A stretch of 64,000 nucleotides of DNA from Ophelia neglecta (taxonomy: Eukaryota). The stretch covers positions 53,258,001 to 53,322,000 of the forward strand of contig OZ260665.1 in assembly GCA_965285935.1 (NCBI GenBank), written 5' to 3'. Below the pieces are notes generated by a model that worked only from the letters and a program-made list of their open reading frames with translations, ran no database searches and was not told where the DNA came from. Shown here in pieces: positions 24,801 through 38,800 of this stretch (position 1 is its first letter; every line of letters starts with the position of its first letter). The translations under genes were made by a program, and so were the position numbers.

Positions 24801-26779
24801 GATGTGGCCCGTTAGGAGACAATCTGAACAGGAAACATAACTTCAAAAACGACCCAGATAATACCGAGAGTACTCATTAACACTGTGTTTTCACAAATGC
24901 TATCGATTGTAAACTTAGACATGCTTAACGAGGGCTAACGCTGAGTTACGTTAGAATGTCTGTTCATATTACATAGAAATGATCTCTAGACCGAGAATAT
25001 AAGTGAATTCCAAATGATGTGTTATAACTGCAGGCCAATTTCCGGTCTGAAAATACACCTCTTGGCTTAAATCAAATGTTGCTTTTATCCAACCATCACT
25101 TTGTGAAGAGAGAACAAAGTCATTTTATTCTATGAATATTTAAACACCAATGAAAGTCATTCGGCGCTTATTTAAGACACCATTGTCGTTTTCAACCCCG
25201 TTTCATAAGCTCGTGGCTTAATTGTGTATTTGGAGTATGGCACTGATCTTTTTCATATGGACAATAAACCCCCTGGCCTCAGTGCTATGCTACTTAGCTT
25301 TTGTAACTAGATAGAAAATACATATAAGAAGTATTTGACTTAGCATACGTGTATACAAAATGCCACTCCGCCTGTATAAACTATTGTGCAAAGAAATAAG
25401 AACCAACTTCACTATTTGCACCGTCGAAACACATTTTGATTTTTGTTCTTAGGTGTACCTCCGGATGGGACTAATATTTTGAAGATTTTATTTGATGGGT
25501 TCAGATTATTTTGATTTTGTTATTCCTAGCCACATCTTACGGTATTGTATGAAATCTTTTGCAACTACTGAGAGCTTCCATAAAACTAAAGATATGGTGA
25601 TAAACACATTTTACCGGATTTCTCTGGGGAACCATGGTTGGTCCTGGATATGCGATAAGTAACTGATAGTTTTGAATAAAAATGAATTAGCTGGATAATA
25701 TGGATAAATCGTGAGGAATCAGCATCATTACAGGGCTGTTGAAAGCTCAATGTCTTATATGTAACCACGAGATGGGGAAAATGGTGCACTTTGGTCTAGC
25801 TTCCTCTAGGCATATATGGTTCAAACACTATACAATTCAAAGTAGCCGTTTTTTGTTTCCAGAATTCTGCGCCCGTTTGTTGAAATCTCAATCGGCATTG
25901 GCGGTAAACTTTTCTCACATCACGTTTGTAGAACAATCGAGAGAGTTGCAGGAAATATCTGCCTGAAAATTACGAACAGAAGAAGCTGCTCAGTCAATGC
26001 CAAAGGAAGGTGGCTATGACAAGCAATTGGTAAATTCCAGTTTAGTTCAGATCTCAGACGTTTCGTTCTCGTCGATATATCATGCTGGGAAGCGTAACCG
26101 TTTTCCAGCAATGCATTAAAGAAGATTATAAGTAAACCAGAGTGAGCATTGAATGCTGACTCCCGAGAAGATTGAGGGAGTAACAGAGTAATAGCCGCTG
26201 TGTTGTTGAGAAATGTTTTCGCTGACACAATTTGTGTCTAATTGACACCCTGTGATCTCCCCTGCTCGTTCGATAAAAGGGAGTGGTGATAGGGGAAAAA
26301 AGATAGCGTCAAACGTGCGACAACTCTAGATCTGAGCCACTCCCGACCACATAGTTAGCCTCTCATTAGCCATCGTACCATCCACGAAACTCAACAAGGT
26401 TACGGTAATAACATGTTATATTGGTACATCTAAATTTGTTCAGTCATTGCATAAGCAAGGTTTATATTAACATTTCTTATTTATTCTACCAGTGAAAAAA
26501 AAACTATTTGTGGCTATAGGCTCCTCTGAAAATCGTCAAATCATGGACCCGGCTTTTATTTTTGCGCATTTGTGATTATTCGATTATTCAAGAAAATATT
26601 AATATTGCACTGCTATTGTAAATAATTGTGCCTATAATACTAACTGGTTAACAAGTAGGAATTTACATTCCTTGAGGAGAACATTGACTTATAGTTGGAT
26701 GTGCAATCGGAGAAACAGTGAAACTTGTGAATTTGAACCACCCAAGAGATAGGAAAATACTGGTGTCATTATGAAGTTG

Positions 26780-26866
26780 GTCTGGTTAGCACAGAAAGTG
26801 TAAAATTATGATCTTCTAGTTAGAGGTCTGAATGGACAGGTGGTCTGAATATGGACGCGGTCTTGG
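26780..26866 (-). mobile_element. Degenerate fragment of the same Tc1/mariner MITE family
   Basis: Reverse complement AAGACCGCGTCCATATTCAGACCACCTGTCCATTCAGACC matches AAGACCACCTCTATAAGCAGACCACCTGTCAATTCAGACC of the 49433 copy; TIRs lost. Confidence 0.55.
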
Positions 26867-29412
26867 ATGGTCTTGGCGGCGTTATCAACAGGGTATAAAA
26901 GAAATTATTTTATCGATTATTTGAAAACACTTGAAAATATTCGCCTTATACTAACGCACACCATGGCTACATTGGCAATATTATGTTTTTCAAACTTGGC
27001 TATATATTAGACCTGTAAGAAAAATATTTGCCAGGCCTACTAGACGTATGAATTCTAAACAGGTTACAGAAAAAACACCTTCCGCCATTAGTTTGTTCGC
27101 TAGAATGAGTGTGCACAATAATGTATTTTGCAGAAATTTATCTCCTGTGTAAATTGCTTGATTATGGTCGTCATATTTATAAGATACTGGCCGAACTACC
27201 AGCTTTCTTTCTACATAAAGGATTACTATCTAATGACCTTCACTTGTTTTCTTTGTGGCATAAACAAAGATTTCCAGACACTTGGAACAATTATTGGTGG
27301 GAAGAATTGCCAGTCAAGTGTATATTTATCGCGCCATAAACTAACAAGGGAGCAGAATATTCCAATGTTGACAATTACATAGCCTTCTGATGTACATGTT
27401 GCTCTGCACACCTTGATTGCATTTTGTGTTTCTTCTCCCAAACGCCCTTGAAGTAGACACGAACATTTCATTAGCAACAGTCATGCTTGTACAGGAAATC
27501 GCCAACATTGTTACTCCTGGTGCAGAAAGTTCCCATTTCGCCAGCCTAGAAAATATATACAACACACATATAAATGGTTTTCATTTATGTAACAGACTCA
27601 TTAAATTCGTATCATATGGATATGTTATGAGGACATATATTTAACTACCTCGATAGTTAATAAACCTTTGTCGTCGCAGTCTTGAGCCATTACCTAAAGG
27701 GCTTTTCAGTCGCCATTTTAAACTTTATCGGTACCCCTCGCCGTTAAGCTAAGACACAAGGAGATTTTTCCGCTTTCCGCTGCCGATATCAAAAATTGTG
27801 CTTATTTAAAGAGTGTAACCTTTCACTATGTACTATATCACTTAGTCACGGTAATCACTTGCTGCATGGAAATCAAATAAATATGTGCTCTATTTAGAGT
27901 CTAACTATACCTAGTAAAATATTTTTAATTGATTGAATTTACTTCCAAAACAAAGTTAACCTTTATGATTTTTAATGAAAAATTAAATATTTTATACTTA
28001 ACAATTAAGTATTGAAAATGTAAGAAATGTTTAGAATAATGAGCAGTTTAGTATTTAGAATGGTAGATATGTTTGGAATAATATGCAGTTTAGTGTTATC
28101 ATTATACATAATTCAGATAATATCCATCTAAACATTTAATTGCTAATTCGGACAATATTATATGGTCACTTTAGCTTACATCGAATTTTTCTTCAATTAC
28201 CCTACTGCGTATTTGTCCTTTTATTTAATTAAATTAATCACTTTAATATATTTTAATTTGTTGCAGAAGCCGAAAAGTTAAAATATGTCATCGATTAAGT
28301 AACTGAAAATAGGATGGACAAAAATCACGAGCCCCGATTTATGTCCACGAATAAATATAAAAGGGTTTGAGCCAGTATGCTTAAGCCCGAAGAATGCCAT
28401 CCTGTAGTCCTAAGTTCTGGGGAGAGAATAATAGGAGGAAGACAGCAATAAGGTATACAACGCCGTCGTGCTCTTAATGGGAAACCTTTTGTATTAAGAC
28501 AGAGCAAAGGAACCAAATGTAAAAAAGAGCTTTTCAATCCCCAAACACAATTACTTTACTTTTAGTGGTGGAGAATCGAGATTAGCACTTCCTGTACAAG
28601 CTGTCGCTGCGCTAGAATTTATTGTCCTAGGCTATTTACAAGTCGTTGATGACATAAAAGCCATGTCTTCCTTGTATTTAAGTTGGGGGAAGATATTTAT
28701 TCCCCATATTATTAATACAAGTTCGCTTTCCACATACTCTTGAATATCCAGAAACGAAATGGCATAAGTAGGACAAGCGCATCCCTCATGAATTCCTTTG
28801 CCCGTTTTGCGTATGATTTTCGTAATTTCGAGGACTTTTTATTCGTGAAAAATCACAATAAATGCTCGTTACACTTAAGCTACTATTTTTGACGCAAATA
28901 TTGTGATACATAGTTGTAAATATACACAAGACATTAAGATCATGTAACTGAAAGTGGCTGCATTTCTTCGGATTACCCTCCTTTAACTGAGGTTTTTATT
29001 TGGTCAATGCTTGACTGTATACTTAGTCGGGAAAGGTGAAAAATTCAAAAACTGTCTAATTCACGCGATCAAATTAATGTGATTAATATGGTCAAGTATA
29101 AATCTAATTATATCATTATTTGAAATTATACTTCAAATTGTTTAAGATGTAAATCAGGTTGCTGCGAGAAGTAAGAAGGTAATTTCCATGTTATATGTCA
29201 TGTCATAATGTCTATTTTTGAATGATTATTCAAATATCATGCATTTAAACCGGAGAATACACCATTTTCATTAAGAAATGGTACACATTTTTATGAATGT
29301 GTGTGTTTTTGGCAACACCTATGTCCCAATCTTCGCCACTTCCAATTTTAATTAAAAATCAATGGAAACAAGGCGATGTTTCTTACTAGCCCAATTATGT
29401 TGCAATCCGAAG

Positions 29413-29569
29413 TATCATTACCAGACAGTAAGGACCGAGAGCGTACACAAAACTGCAACACACTAAAGAATAGAAAAGACATCACACCACCTTTTTATAT
29501 CATTATCAGACAGTAAGGACCGAGAGCGTACATCAGATCTGCAACACACTGAAGTATAGAAAAGACATC
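29413..29569. repeat. Tandem duplication, period 85 bp
   Basis: TATCATTA.CAGACAGTAAGGACCGAGAGCGTACA...CTGCAACACACT.AAG.ATAGAAAAGACATC at 29413 and 29498. Confidence 0.92.
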
Positions 29570-31769
29570 CATCTTCCATGTGATTCACATTCCCTTGCCC
29601 TAATCGTCTCATTATTGTGGCAAATCGAAATTTAAAAGTGTATTTCCATAGAGTATTATTACATTTTTCAAGCTCCAGACCTTCATTCAAACTACACATT
29701 ATACATGCTATTTTAATTACCAGAAAACACCAGTCGAGTGATAATTAAAAGGTAAACGAGGGATATCACAAAACTTTCACATCTTCGAACAAAATATTCC
29801 TTTGATTACAAGTCCGTTATATGATTTATTTGTTTACCAATAATGTGCAGGTTTAAGTTCTGAGAATTCACTGACGCTCCTTCTTTATTGCCCTCCGAAG
29901 CTTCAGGTTACCGCCGATCTGTCATTGACTGATACGGCTGCAAGAGACCCATGGGTATAAATGAATATGGAATAATGGCATAAGTGAATATAGGTCAGCC
30001 ATGTTCTTGCTGTACTAATGTTTCCAGGGAAACACTTTGAATTCCTTGGACATTTCTGGCCTCATTCAGGCATTGTCAGCACTTCTTGGGCATTCGAATA
30101 TTGCAACTCATCAAGCTTCATTGACAGTGATATGAAGGAACTTTGCAATGCAGCGAAGTAGGGCATTGAATGGTAACTTTAAGACATCTAGCAAAAAGCC
30201 TTCCTAATCCAAAAAGTGGAAATCGGTTTCTAAATGATTTGCATATCATCTCAGTCTGCTTTTGTCCTCTGTTTATCTTGTCTTGAAGCCTTTATGTGTT
30301 TATCATTGAAATTATCTTCTGTTAAAATGGTGATATTCCTGATTTTTTTAATTCCTATTCGTCATTTAACTAGCAATGTATTTCTATATATCTGAATTTT
30401 GTTATGCAAAGTTGGTTTAGTTTGAATCACTTTATTATACCACTTTACCCAAGGGGCATGCAATCAACGCATATAGATTATTGACAGTTTACTTTCCCGA
30501 ATCATAACAACAATAAACACAAGACAGATAAAGAGTGGAACTGGAAAATGACAAAAAAAAAAGAATTAAAAGAAAAAAATGACACACGACTGGTGAATTA
30601 ACCAATACATTAAAAACTTCCATGTTTGCAGGACAAGACACAATAGAGAGAGTAAAACGTGTAATAAATGTATGCCACAACATATATTTAAACTGTTTAT
30701 ACCTGGAGCAAAGTTGAGTAGCACGGGTCTTTCATTAAATATAGAGTTCAATTAAACACGATTCGGATTGTTCATCTTTATTCCGTTGTATATTCCTACA
30801 CATGTAACCCGACTAATAATATTATTAGGGACTGAACATGTTACAGATTGGCATCTTAAGTTATTTAGTAGATTTAAGTCACCGGCTATGCCACACAGCA
30901 ATAATGCTTTCAGAGTGAAATGTGTGGATACATATATATCGGTTTTAGTTTACTCTCGTTGAGAACCTTCTTTTTATTTGATACAGGCTTTCTTGCTTTA
31001 AACTCAGTTACTTCCAGGATTTGGTAATGCAATGATGAATTATTTGTCGTCCTAAGGATATCTAGTGATGTTGTTTGATAAATGAATTTCTTGTTTCCGA
31101 CCACTGTACACGGCGGTTTTCATGGTTAAGTGCAGCAAGAGCAAGGCCAAGAACACTTCAGTTTTTAAGCCTGGCACGAGGCCGTGTGTGTTGACACCGA
31201 TGCAATCCATTTATAAGACTAAATGAAGATGCGAACGTCATTAGTTCCTGGGATCTATTGGTACTTACACCAAGGAATCCTGATATTTGCTGGGATTAAT
31301 CGGTCTGATATGATTACCTAGGTTACAACCATTTTAGGGCATATGTGGCAGTATGGAATCCTGGGCTCTATTTAATGCAACCACTAAATCCAGGGCCGGT
31401 GTCATAATAAATGTGCTTCTAACATAGGCTTAGTCAAGTGGAAATGGATCCTGTTAAAACGTATTCATGTTTCATTAAATCGGAAACATTTACATATAAC
31501 CAAGCTCTTAGAGGCCTAGCGGGTAAACGCCAAGCAAAGAATATGACTAGATTTGTTTTGAAAATTTGCTACTGAAATCTGAAAGTCGCGTCTTACTATT
31601 TTGAGAACATATTTTTATACTTTTTAAAGGGGAGCCCTTGCTCAATTATTCAAGTGGCCCTTATAAATCTAGGTTTACTTCGAGGAATGGTCCCTGTATC
31701 ATAAAATGACGTAATTAATAATAGGTTGAGCATGTTTAAAAACGCAGAGTTTGCCACGGCCATTTGCTC

Positions 31770-32065
31770 AATCGAGCAATGCCCTGCAGTCACATTGCCT
31801 GGTGTCGTGGTTCCCCGGGGGCCTGGTCAGGTAGTGGGTTAGGGTCTGTGAGCAGGGTATCAAGCAACCGCTATAACGACGTCTTTTCAAAAAGGATATT
31901 ATGCTTTGGTCGGTGGATGAAATGCCCAAAGGCAATGCATTGGTCCTTTGTGGAAATGGCAAATCCTGACAAGACTTCAAAGGGAACTTGTCGTGATATA
32001 TGGCTTTTGTATATATTTAGCAGACGTAGGGGGCTGATCATAAAAATGACAAATGGCATGACTGT
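31770..32065 (-). mobile_element. Possible decayed Penelope-like retroelement fragment (RT-to-GIY-YIG linker)
   Basis: Frameshifted pieces MPFVIF..PLRLLNIYKSH / FPQR / AF..HRPKHN / PGNHDTRQCDC fall in the order of the PLE linker (PFVxTY..L..I.KH...FP.P..AFRRPKN...PG..C..C). Weak. Confidence 0.3.
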
Positions 32066-35000
32066 TGCTTGAAATTGAGCTTGTGGAGAAAAATTGGTTT
32101 TATCCAGGAATAAATGAATACGATATGAATAATTAAGCTTTGCAGGAGTAGTAACAAATGTACAAATATTGTTCCTTTGAAACTACATTTGGTTTACATG
32201 GCCCTTTGCTTTTTGTCGACCAAGAAACACATGTCAAGTCAATCTTAAGAAGGATCAGTAGTGATTTTTCGTTTTTTTAAATATCTGCCTGCATCAATTA
32301 GTGATTAAAAAGTATGAAGTGGAGATTAAAATTAACAACATAAAATTTTAACAAGGACACAACAAGGCCTGCACTCATGTACCGTGATCCTTTACGGTTT
32401 TTGGGTTCATGAATTAAAATAACTACAGTGATAATGAAACTTATTTCTGGTGGACGAATTTAATTTTAAACTAGCACACTTATAGTACGCGTACCATTAC
32501 TTCCAAACAAGAGCTTCCATGCAGTTACTACCGATTTGGCCATTTACGAGAGTCACTAATAGAATAAAATTCAATCAGCCAATTTCATTTTTTATAAGCA
32601 GGACAAGACTTGATTGTATGATCAATACAACCAACTGCCAGTAACAAACTTTCGCATACAAACAATTTCTAGATTTTGTGGTAGTTGACATCATTTTCCC
32701 TGGATTTTTATGTATAAGTAGGTCTTAAACTTTTTATTGTGTAAATCAGACAAAAGCAGCTTATAACCTTGGATTAACATATTAGGCAAATGATCTCTTT
32801 TTAATGCCCTGAAATAACTTTTACTACCGTGGCCTCGCAGCTCTATCAATGAGTTTCCATTTTTAACGACGGGTAGGTATTCCCAAGTGCCGCGGGCGTG
32901 ATCCTGGGAAGATTACCAAGATGAGTTATACTCTCCTGACTATGAGTCAGTACGGCGTTCTGCTTCATCTAAGAGTGCTTTGGCGAACACATCTCCAACA
33001 GACGCGAAAAAAGTGTGCGGCGTTAAAAGGCTTAACACTTGAAAACATACCTGAATTCAAACGCACATCACTTTATCCAGCAGTTTAAAGAACATGCTTT
33101 ACAATTAATTTTTTCAGATCCCAACAGCTAGGCCCATTTAAAAATGATGCACAAAACAAATAGTAATTTTCCATTATCCTTCCTATAAATTGTGGTTTCC
33201 TCAGACTAGATGTAGGTGGATAAGTTAGAAGTCAATTTGAAATATAAACTGGCTTAAAAACAAAGCCCAAGCCTTGATTGAATCAATTGATTAAATCTTT
33301 TTCGTAGAATAGGTATATCTTAGATGTTAAGTCCTTTGACATTTTCTTCGACTATATCGCGGAATAATTATAATACCATGAAATGTGAATAAAGCAACGA
33401 ATACAAGTAATTGTAAATAAATGTTATTATAAAGTGAATGGTCTTGTAAAAACCTGATTTGGGCAAAAGTAAGCAATTCCAATCTACATCACATAGGAGT
33501 AATAAGTATATTAAACCTATATATTGAGGCATGTCGTATCGTGTCAGATGAACAGCATCATTTTCCTAATATCAAGGTTCAGTGCATGTTTTTCCGGCTT
33601 GCCTTAAATGAGTTTACTATTTGAATTTGACATTTTTCACACAATATCAGTAGATATCAAAGATCGCGGATCATTGGCTGAATATACTACAGTACGATTC
33701 TCAAGTTAGAAGTAAAACGCAGGACTTTCACCTGAAAAAAAAGATTAAGTGAAAACATCAAAAAGGATATATAATTGTTGGAATATTTCTTTCAGTATGT
33801 ATAATGATCCAATCCATCTAAAGGAGCAAGTACCCCATTGTTAACTTAAGGAAATAATTGAAAATAAAACCTGCAGAAAGACCATCTTCTGTTTCAATCA
33901 TCATTTTTACCATTACGACCGACAAACTGGTAGAATAAATTGGTTTCCAGAGCAATGTAATGAATGAAATGGAGACCTTCCATTGGGTTGGATTGTGCAC
34001 ATGAAATCCCTTCTCCTTCAGCCTCCTTATTGCCGTTTTTGTTTGCGAACGTGGCTTGTTTTCCGAAAAGGACAATATTCGTAACTCAAGATATGATTCA
34101 ATGTTGAAACTGATTTGGGCGCCTTATATGAGCAACCGTGATAACCCAGTGCGCCTGTCCTGAATTGACAAACACGTACTGCAAAAGTGTGTTTTACATT
34201 ACTGGCAAAACCACACATATTCTATCTACTCTTATGAGAACCAGTCACATGCAAAATTAGCTTCTTTTATAATTAACAGAAAAGAGCAAAACAACAGAAA
34301 ATTGCCAAACATTTTGAATGGGATTTCAAATCGAATTCCAGGATATGCACGGGACAAAATTATGTGGGTGTCTAATGGCTTATTGCACAAATCAAATAGG
34401 CTGGAAATAACAGTCTTAAAAACCTCATTCTATGAAACCCACAAAGTTAAACAGCGAATTGTAGTTCAAGCAAAATACAGAAACAAAACTTTGGATTGTT
34501 TGGTAATTTAAGTTTATGGTGAACATGCATGATGTAGGCTGCTTAAACCTTTTCAATTTCCTCAGTTTTGTTGAATGATACTTCATTCTATTCACCAGCA
34601 TACTTAATGGGAAATATTAGGGAAATGTCTAATGCGATTATTTGAGGGGGAAGTGGTCTTTGTGCGACCAAACAAATGAAATTTACTTCTGCTGGCCGGA
34701 GCGATAGTGGCAAACAATCTAATTACTCCGAAGAGGAAATGCCGACGGAAAACTCTCCGGCAGAAATCCTGCATTTTTCCAACCCAAACTCTGGGACCTC
34801 AAACTCAATTTGACGGCCAATACTCACAGTGCTCAGCTGTTTTACCCCCATGAAATTACTAACTCTGTAAAGGTCCTAACATGAATTGACATGCTGACTT
34901 ATAAGTGGGAGTGGATGTGGCCTTCAGTGTGCTGCTGATGACAAGTGACTGGATTTCCAATCAGATTCCAGACCACTCCGTGCCCTTTCGGGAGGAGTGT

Positions 35001-35644
35001 AGGTCGGCGTCGTTTAGAAGAGGTTAGTACATAGACCTGGCTACATTTCAGATTGAGTAAATCGATAATTACGACTGAGCATGAGTTCGATGACGATCAC
35101 TCTCTTATACACTACACTCCGCACCCGTCACTACACTGGCTCAAATACAACATTTTAAAGTCCATTGGAGCGAAAAACCTTTTGATTTTACTGATGAAAA
35201 AGTTCCTTCCCTCATCTCATTCCATGTTTAGCATTAGTAAAAGAAACGCCAGAAGATGCTGAGTATATGACACTGCAGGCCCTAAGCTGAAAAGGTGATA
35301 ACTTTCAGCCACATAGTAATTTAGTGTGATTATCCGTGACAACTGCAACTACAAATGATACTTTTGAATTCTGCATAAGACTGGTCCTACAGCGTTAGGC
35401 AAAAATGTCTGTAGGCCTTTTAGCAATCATACGCCACATACATCTTTCTTTTTTCAATTAATAAGTTATATTAATGGTGTCAGTTCGTCCCAGGTATGTT
35501 CCTCATAATTAAGGATATTCAAATAGCTGAATGCAGGTCTGGAATTGTGTCCTTGAAACAGGGCTTTCTATAACTCTAAATATGCCCCAATAATTAGCAA
35601 AAAATGACGAAATGGTTAATGACAAAAAATTCAATTTGGGAACA

Positions 35645-35880
35645 TTTCTCAGGAATAGGCTTTCAATTTGTCTAATAACCGGCAAACATTCTTTGCCTCA
35701 ATCAATATTTGTCTTATTGAAAAATAGCGGTGGAAGAAGTTGGCTTCGTGGCATTTTAATTGCCAAGGGAGTGTGCCAGGTTCTTTGGGTATTTATCTTG
35801 TCAATGAAATCCCTCTGTACGTCAGTCTCATCAATGCCGTTCTTGCTTATGGAAGGGAAATATTTGTTCAGAAAGGGCAA
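35645..35880 (-). mobile_element. Decayed LINE (CR1/L2-like) ORF2 fragment just upstream of the RT domain
   Basis: FLNKYFPSI... followed, after a frameshift, by IEAKNVCRLLDKLKAYS, resembling the LN.YF.SI ... I...EV..LL..LK..K signature. Confidence 0.4.
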
Positions 35881-38800
35881 AAATTATAACTGACAACATC
35901 ACTGAAAGTCTATACCATTCAAATAAGTGTTTATAGATATTAAGTTGCACGACAGTAAATATATCAATTCCAATGGCGTTGGCCACGAAAAATAAATGTT
36001 GGAAATGTAAAGATGTTCCAAATTAATCATTTACGACAAGGGCTGTTTATCAATACTGCCCCTTCTTGAGGAGCGAGCAGGCTCTTATCCTGTTGACCCG
36101 GGAGGCCGATACCCACACTGACTAACATCAATATTGAAATCAGAATCAATAAAAAGAACAGCAGGGAGCTAAATGGACATTGCTGTCTTATATAACAAGG
36201 GCCCTTATACAATTAATGGTAATCATAAATTTCATTTAACTGACCACACGTACATCTACCATTCCTTAAATTGATAAAAAAAACACTTGGTTGAAACATT
36301 ATACTTGAAATCTAACCAAGGGTTTTTGCTATTTAAGCCTGTGATTAGTTTAAAATATAAATCAGTACATGCATAACTTTATTATTATCCAATGACAGGC
36401 TTAAGCGGGTCAACAATTTTACAGGCACTTAATTTGGCATCTATGGACGGACGCTCTGTAGAGTGATATTAACGGTTAAGTGTGACCTTAATCGACCTAA
36501 TGCACATTTTATTTTGGCTACGAATGTGCATAAAAACTCGCATTGAGTAGCCCTGGAAACCTTGCACTGTCCTTTAACCGATGCCAGCTGTACAGACCAA
36601 TGAATAATAATGAGCAATTACGCTGACGCCACCGAATCATTGATTCATTGATTGTGCAATAAAGAAAAAATTCTTTTGAAATTCAAAAGAAGAATTAAAC
36701 TGTTCATCATATTTTATAGAAATTGATGCATGACAACTTGCAAAATCATTCCAGAGTAGAGATACATGCTGTACCAAATATATTTGGTATATTGGCACAG
36801 GAGATTTTACTGTCTTGGTATGCTCAATAATAAAAGCTCCATATTGTATTGAATCCATTTTCTGCCCATCACAAGTAGCCAATTTTCGTAATAGGGCAGG
36901 GACCCATGTGTCATTTTATCGTGAATTGAGCGCCTCTATGATTCCTAGTGGGCACATTATCACCCGTGGCACATTGGCGATTGTTCGTTGAGTGGGCCAA
37001 GCAGTGAAGCTCGATAAACAACCAATGGAAGGATTGATAAATGTTCACCATGCAATTGTTAGCCAAGGTGGCCCGAGGCAACAGTATTGAGTCGTTGAAT
37101 AATTGACCTACCGTATTCAAATCAAATTGGGCAACACAGTTGGACATAAGATGACATACTGTGTTTATACCCTGTCATCCAAAATGACTCATTGGTTATA
37201 TTCCCAAAGACAGAGGGCGTGGATGAGTCCCGTATTGGAAAGGAACTCCCATCCCTGACGCCACTGATAATCTAATTCGTAAACCCGGACCTATAACTAA
37301 ATACCATCTGTATAATGTGCTTGTTGGTTCCCGCCACATCACAGTTCCTCATGATTATATGGTACAAATAACGAGTACAACGAGCTATTCTTAATTACAT
37401 TGTTTTTTCTGCCGAGCATTAACTCCCTTTTTTCATAGAGTTTTTTCAGCGTATCACGCTAAGACGTTGATGCTTCCTTAATTTCTCCCCAAACTCTTTA
37501 CTTTCCTGCTTGTTCGGCTGTACTTTGAACAAAAATGTAGTTATGTACTGAATAGTTATGGGCCAAAGTCTCCTGGTGTCATCACTCTGGCAATTTTTTT
37601 TATTAAACTACCAAAGCTCACGTCTTTCTATTTGCTCACCATACACTTTTTGAAGCTGAAACTGAATCCATGAACCTTTACAGTATAAACCAGCTCAACT
37701 GTTGTTGCTCAATTACAAGGTGTTCCTAAGGAGCATGCACCTGTCATAGAGCAATATTTGAAACCTTATTTATATATTACGTATAATTTAAGATCAGTAT
37801 ATCAAACATGAGCTTTGACACAAATTTCGTGCATTATTTTCTGATGTACTGCATAATCGTTTTCTACGAATCTCATATATTTATCAGAGTATGCCAGCAA
37901 GGTTCTAATTTGTATATGTTTTAATGTGGCTCTATTCCTCAAACCTATAAAAACACACTCGCATTGATGTCATCCATACTGAGGTGAAAATGAACTTACA
38001 TAGATTGTTGTGGATCGTGGAGAGAATAATTGCGCTAGAACAAGCTGTCACTTGTTACAGGTAGCAGTCTATAATTTTTTTACTAGTAGTAATAATTTTC
38101 TTTGCTAAAGATAGCTTACTTTCACACAAAGGCAATATAATTAAGGTCTGTGGCAAGAAATCATTGACGCACCTCCCTACTGCAAGGCCAACTTAAAGAT
38201 GTTGTTTCTTAAAATTTACAAGAATATTTATAATAAAGTCAGCTTAATGAGCTTCAGATCCTAAGGAGCTGCTTTTCGCATATTTTATTCGCATATTAAA
38301 CACCACTAGGCGTATGCTGCTTTATTGACAAAAATAACCTGAGGACGTTATCTCGAGCGTAACTATGCAAATTTATATTGCTTTTGAGCGTTTCATGTTT
38401 GTGAGCTATAATTCTGATGGAGGGTAATGTTTAAACCTAGCTAATTTCATTAGAAACAAAAAAAAACTATGTGGCTGGCTATGGTCACACAAAAGCCCTT
38501 TGTTTTTGGCCTTAGTGATCACAATGAAATAATCTGAGCCGTGTGGGAATTCGACAGATATATAGTTTGTTGCTCTTAAACCAGGATTATACAATTTTGC
38601 ACCTTCTAGCTGATAAGAAACCACTTTCCATTGGCCAAGCCATTAATAGTTTAGACCTAGTCCTCTTTATAACCTAATGTGTAAAAAACTTCCCGGAATC
38701 TCCCACTCTATCTTCTTAATGGATTTGGTAGTTGGTGATTACATAATCGGTTCCCATAGTTGTAAATCTACAAGTCCACATGGCACGCAAAAAGAAAAGC